DNA of 64,000 nt from Sphyrna mokarran (lineage: Eukaryota), in assembly GCA_024679065.1 (NCBI GenBank), contig JAGIQG010000009.1, positions 85,808,001 through 85,872,000 of the forward strand, written 5' to 3'. The notes under the pieces are model-generated. The model saw nothing but the letters and a program-made list of their open reading frames with translations, did no database searches and was not told the origin of the DNA. This document shows positions 58,882 to 64,000 of this stretch, piece after piece. Numbering within the stretch: position 1 is the stretch's first letter; each line of letters starts with the position of its first letter. A program made the translations under genes and the position numbers.

Positions 58882-61645
58882 TAGAACATAGAACATTACA
58901 TTACAGCGCAGAACAGGCCCTTCGACCTTCGATGTTGCGCCGACCAATTATGAAAAAAAAAAGCAATGACCCTCCAAACTAAACCATTCCTCTTTTCCAT
59001 AAACTTATCAACTAACCTCTTAAACGCCACCAAAAACTTGGCGCATCTACAACTGCCGCAGGCAGGGCATTCCACTCCTTAACCACCCTCTGGGTGTCCT
59101 ATCTGTCCTATAACTATCACCCCTTAATTTAAAGCTGTGTCCCTCGTGCTAGCTTCTCCATCCTAGGAAAAAGGTATCACTGTCCACCCTATCTAAACCT
59201 CTAATCATCTTATATGTTTCGATAGGTCCCCTCTTAGCGCCTCCTTTCTAACGAAAACAACCTCAAATCCCTCAGCCTCTCTTCATAAGACCTGCCCTCC
59301 ATACAGGCAACATCCTGTAAAACCTCTTCTGTACCCTCTCCAATGCCTCCACATCTTTCTTATAATGTGGGGACCAGAATTGAACACAATACTCAAGTGC
59401 GGCCGCACTAGAGTTTTGTACAGTTGCAACATGACGTTTGTGGCTCCGAAATTCAATCCCCCTACCAATAAAAAGCTAAGACTCCGTATGCCTTCTTAAC
59501 AACATTATCGACTTGACTGCCCACTTTCAGGGATCTATGACATATACACCAAGATCCCTCTGTTCATCAACACTATTAAGATCCTACCATTAGCCCTATA
59601 ACTCTACACATTTGTTATTCCTGCCAAAGTGAATTACCTCACACTTTTCCACATTAAACTCCATTTGCCACCTCTCGGCCCAGCTCTGCAACTTGTCCAA
59701 GTCTCTCTGCAAACTATAACACCCCTCTTCACTATCTACCACTCCTCCGACTTTGGTGTTATCCGCAAATTTACTAATCCATCCTTCATTACCCTCATCC
59801 AAATCATTTATAAAAATTACAAACAGCGGGGGCCCCAAAACAGACCCCTGAGGTACTCCACTTGTCACCGAACTCCACGATGAATATCTTCCATCAACCA
59901 CTACCCTCTGTCTTCTATCTGCTAGCCAATTCCTAATCCAATTAGCTAAATCACCCTCTAACCCATACATCTGCATTTTCTGCAGAAGCCTTCCATGGGC
60001 CACCTTATCGAACGCCTTACTAAAGTCCATATATACCACATCAACCGCCTTACCCCCATCCACCTCTTTGGTCACTTTTTCAAAAAACTCAATAGGTTAG
60101 TAAGGCACGACCTACCCTTCACAAAACCATGCTGACTATCCCCAATCAATTCATTTCTCTCTAAATAACTATAAATCCTATCCCTAATAATTCTCTCCAA
60201 TACTTTGCCCACAACAGAAGTAAGACTCACCGGCCTATAATTCCCCGGAAAGTCTCTCTTCCCCTTCTTGAACAATGGGACCACATTCGCTATCCTCCAG
60301 TCTTCTGGCACTATACCCGTAACCAACGACGACCTGAAGATCAGAGCCAGAGGCTCTGCAATCGCCTCTCTCGCCTCCCAGAGAATTCTAGGGTAAATCC
60401 CGTCCGGCCCAGGGGACTTATCTAACTTCAAACCCTCAAGAATATCTAGCACATCCTCCTTATCTACTTCAATACTTTCCAGTTTGCAACCCTGTATCCC
60501 AGTGTTCTCCACAACTACATTTACATCTCCCTGCGTGAATACCGAAGAGAAATATTTGTTCAGTGCCTCTCCAATCTCTTCAGGCTCCACGCACAACTTC
60601 CCACTGCTGTCTATGACTGGCCCTAATCTTGCCCTAACCAATCTTCTATTCTTAACATATCTAAAGAAAGCTTTAGGATTCTCCTTGATTCTATCAGCCA
60701 AAGTCTTCTCGTGTCCCCTTTTAGCTCTCCTCAACTCACTCTTTAGCTCCCTCCTGGCTAATCTATAGCTATCCATTGCACTAACTGAGCCTTCAAGCCC
60801 CATCCTGACATAAGCCTCCTTTTTCTTTTTAACCAGCGAATTAACTTTTTTAGTACACCATGGTTCCCTTACTTGACCATTTCCTCCTTGCCTGACAGGG
60901 ACATACTTATCAAGGACTCGCAGTAGCTGCTCCTTGAATAAGCTGCACATTTCAGATGTTCCCAGTCCCTGTAGTTTCCTTGTCCAACCTATGCACCCTA
61001 ATTCCCTCCTTATGGCCTCATAATTACCATTCCCCAAGCTTTAACTACTGCCCCCATCTTCATGCCTATCCCTATCCATCACTAAGGTGAACGTAACAGA
61101 ATTGTGGTCACTATCACCAAAATGTTCACCAACTTCCAAGCCTAACACCTGGTCTGGCTCCATTGCCCAGCACCAATTCCAATGTAGACTCACCTCTAGT
61201 TGGCCTATCTACATACTGAGTCAAAAAACCTTCCTGCACACCTTATACAAAAACTGACCCCTCTAACATGCTAGAGCTATAGCTATTCCAATCAATATTA
61301 GTAAAGTTAAAGTCCTCCATAACAATTACTCTATTACTTTCACTCCTGTCCAGGATCGACTTTGCAATCCTTTCCTCTATCTCTCTAGAACTTTTAGGAG
61401 GTCTATAAAAGACTCCCAACAGGGTGACCTCTCCTCTCCTGTTTCTAATCTCAGCCCATACTACCTCAACAGACAAATCCTCATCAAACTTTCTTTCTGT
61501 CACTGTGATACAGTCTTTGACTAATAATGCCACTCCTCCCCTCCTTCTGCCTCCTTCTCTACTCCGACTGAAGCATTTGAACCCCGGAACCTGCAACATC
61601 CATTCCTGTCCCTGCTCTATCCATGTCTCTGAAATGGCCACAACA
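58882..61645 (-). mobile_element. CR1 family A, 5'-truncated within the APE domain
   Basis: ORFs 61243-61645, 60072-61037 and 59596-60075 plus (TAGAACA)n tail; several 1-nt indels. Confidence 0.93.
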
Positions 61646-62064
61646 TTAGGGGTAAGTTTTTCACTTAAAGGGTGGTGGGTGAGTGGAATCGACTGCCATC
61701 GGTGGTGGTGGAGACAAATTTGTTCAGGTCTTTTAAGAGATGTCTGCATGAGTACATGGGACTTAATAGGATTGAGCATTATAGGTAAGCCTCGTAGGCA
61801 GAAATATGATCAGCTCAATATGTGAGCCAAAGGGCCTATCGGTGCTGTAGTTTTTCTATGATTCTATGAAGATGCTCTCAAATGGTCACCGACACCCAGG
61901 TCAGTGTCCAGCATGCAAGTGAGCAGAAGCAAAACCCTCAGCCTAAGTCCTTCTCGGAGTAAGTGTGAAGCTGCATAGTTTGCACATTCTCCTTCTGTCT
62001 GTGTGGGTTTCCTCAGGTGCTCCAGTTTCCTTCCACAGTCCAAAGTTGTGCGGGTTAGGTTCGA

Positions 62065-64000
62065 ATATAGAACATAGAACAGTACAGCACAATACAGGCC
62101 CTTCGGCCCTCGATGTTGTGCCGAGCTATGTCCGAACCCAACATCAAGCTATCCCACTCCCTATCTGATGTACTCCATGTGCCTATCCAATAACCACTTG
62201 AAAGTTCCTGCAGTATCTGACTCCACTATCACAGCAAGCAGTGCATTCCACATCCCAACCACTCTCTGAGTAAAAAGGACATCCCTCCTATATCTCCAAC
62301 CCATGAAACATATTGTTATGCCTCCTAGTAACAGCTACATCCAACCGAGGAAATAGTCTTTGCATGTCCACTCTTTCAATCCGTCTCATCTTATAAACCT
62401 CTATTAAGTCATCTCTCATCCTCCTTTGCTCTGAAGAGAAAAGCCCCAATTCCCCCAAACTTTTCCTCATAAGACCTTTGCTCCAAACCAGGCAGCATCC
62501 TGGTATATCTCCTCTGCACTCTCTCCAATACTTCCACATCCTTCTTACAGTGAGGTGACCGGAACTGAACACAATATTCCAAATGTGGTCTCACCAATGT
62601 CCAGTATAGTTGCAGCATAACCCCACGGCACTTAAACTCAATACCTCCCCCCCACCCACCGTTAACACACTATAAGCCTTCTTTACGGCTCTATCCACTT
62701 GAGTAGCAACCTTCAGAGATCTATGAATATGAACCCCAAGATCTCTCTGTTCCTCCACATTCCTCAGAACCCTGCCATTAACCTGTAACCTGACTCAAGT
62801 TTGTCCTACCAAAGTGAATCACCTCACACTTATCAGGGTTAAACTCCATCTGCCACTTTTTGGCCCAGCTCTGCATCCTATAATGTCTCTTTGCAGCCTG
62901 CAAGAGCCTTCCACCTCATCCACTACTCCACCAATCTTGATGTCATCAGCAAGTTTACTAACCCACCCTTCAGCCCCCTCTTCCAAGTCATTAATAAAAA
63001 TCACAAATAGCAGAGGATCGAGCACTGATCCCCATAACTGGCTGGTAACTGGTCTCCAGTCTAAAAATTTTCCCTCCACCACCATCCTCTGACTTTTATG
63101 AAATTTATCCAATCGACCAAATTTCCTTCTCAGCCATACCTCCTTACTCTCTTCATGAGCCTACCGCAGGGAATCTTTTCAAATGCCTTATTAAAATCCA
63201 TGTATATGATTTCAACTGCCCTACCTTTATTAACACACTTAGTTACCTCCTCAAAGAATTCAATCAAATTTGTGAGGCAAAACTTACCCCTCACAAATCT
63301 GTGTTGACTATCCCAGATTAAGTTGCATCTTTCCAAATAGTCATAAATCCTATCCCTCAGGACCTTTTCCAGTAATTTACCGACCACCGAAGTAAGACTA
63401 ACTGGCCTATAATTACCAGAGTCATTCCTACTTCTCTTCTTGCAGAGAGGAACAACATTCATCACTCTCCAGTCCTCTGGCACAATTCCCAGTGTGGACC
63501 CAAAGATCAAAGCCAAAAGCTCTGCAATCTTATTCCTTGCCTCCCAAAGTATCCTAGGATTTATCTCATCTGGCCCAGGGGACTTATTGACCCTCAGGTT
63601 TTTCAAAATTGCTAATACGTCTTCCCTCAGAACATCTATCTCCTCCATCCTATCAGCCCATATCACACTCTCATCCTCAAAAACATGGCCCCTCTCCTTA
63701 ATGAACTGAAGACAAGTATTCATTCAATGCCTCACCTATCTCTTCTGACTCCATGCACAAGTTCCCACTATTATTCTTGACCGGCCTTAACCTCACTCTG
63801 GTCATTCTTTTATTTCTCACATAAAAGAGAAGAGAAGGGAATGGTTTAGTTTGGAGGGGCATTGCTTTTTATTTTGGTCGGCACAACATCGAAGGCCGAA
63901 GGGCCTGTTCTGTGCTGTAATGTTCTATGTTCTATGTTCTATAAAAGTAAAAAGCCTTGATCTGATCCACTAAGGACTTCTCATGTCCTCCCCTTGCTCT
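62065..64000 (-). mobile_element. CR1 fragment containing a short family A tail insertion (63828-63940, TSD ATAAAAG)
   Basis: RT ORFs 62409-62618, 62819-63112 and 63130-63723; ATAAAAG at 63821 and 63941. Confidence 0.88.

Overview
Repeat-dense vertebrate genomic DNA, most likely a shark or other elasmobranch (inferred from HE1/V-type SINEs, CR1 LINEs with SGNH-esterase ORF1, Rex-Babar and Penelope elements, and a shark-type MHC class I heavy chain). The only host gene I can support is an MHC class I alpha-chain gene on the + strand: alpha1 7616-7875, alpha2 8078-8350, alpha3 8468-8731, TM 8958-9062, cytoplasmic exons 14635-14667 and 14919-14965, and a probable 3'UTR exon from 17690. It keeps all the classical peptide-anchoring residues. 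However, it has a 1-nt deletion in alpha1 giving an in-frame TGA at 7729-7731, and I find no leader exon; a 38-bp minisatellite sits upstream instead. As assembled it is a pseudogene or null allele, or the lesion is an assembly error. Its 202-bp intron 2 looks like a promoter, with three ATTGGCTG boxes exactly 52 bp apart plus GC-box and NRF1-like sites. The rest of the window is nested retroelements. These include a CR1 family that carries a captured SINE core in its 3'UTR (six copies), CR1 insertions with 5' inversions or fold-backs, hairpin Penelope-type elements with hammerhead-ribozyme-like cores, a MITE, LTR-like segments and a Gypsy gag relic. There is also a ~1.65-kb inverted segmental duplication (4062-5710 vs 42081-43996) bracketing the MHC gene, and a ~3-kb 30-bp satellite running into a 100-N gap. 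All alignments were done by eye and repeat boundaries are approximate.
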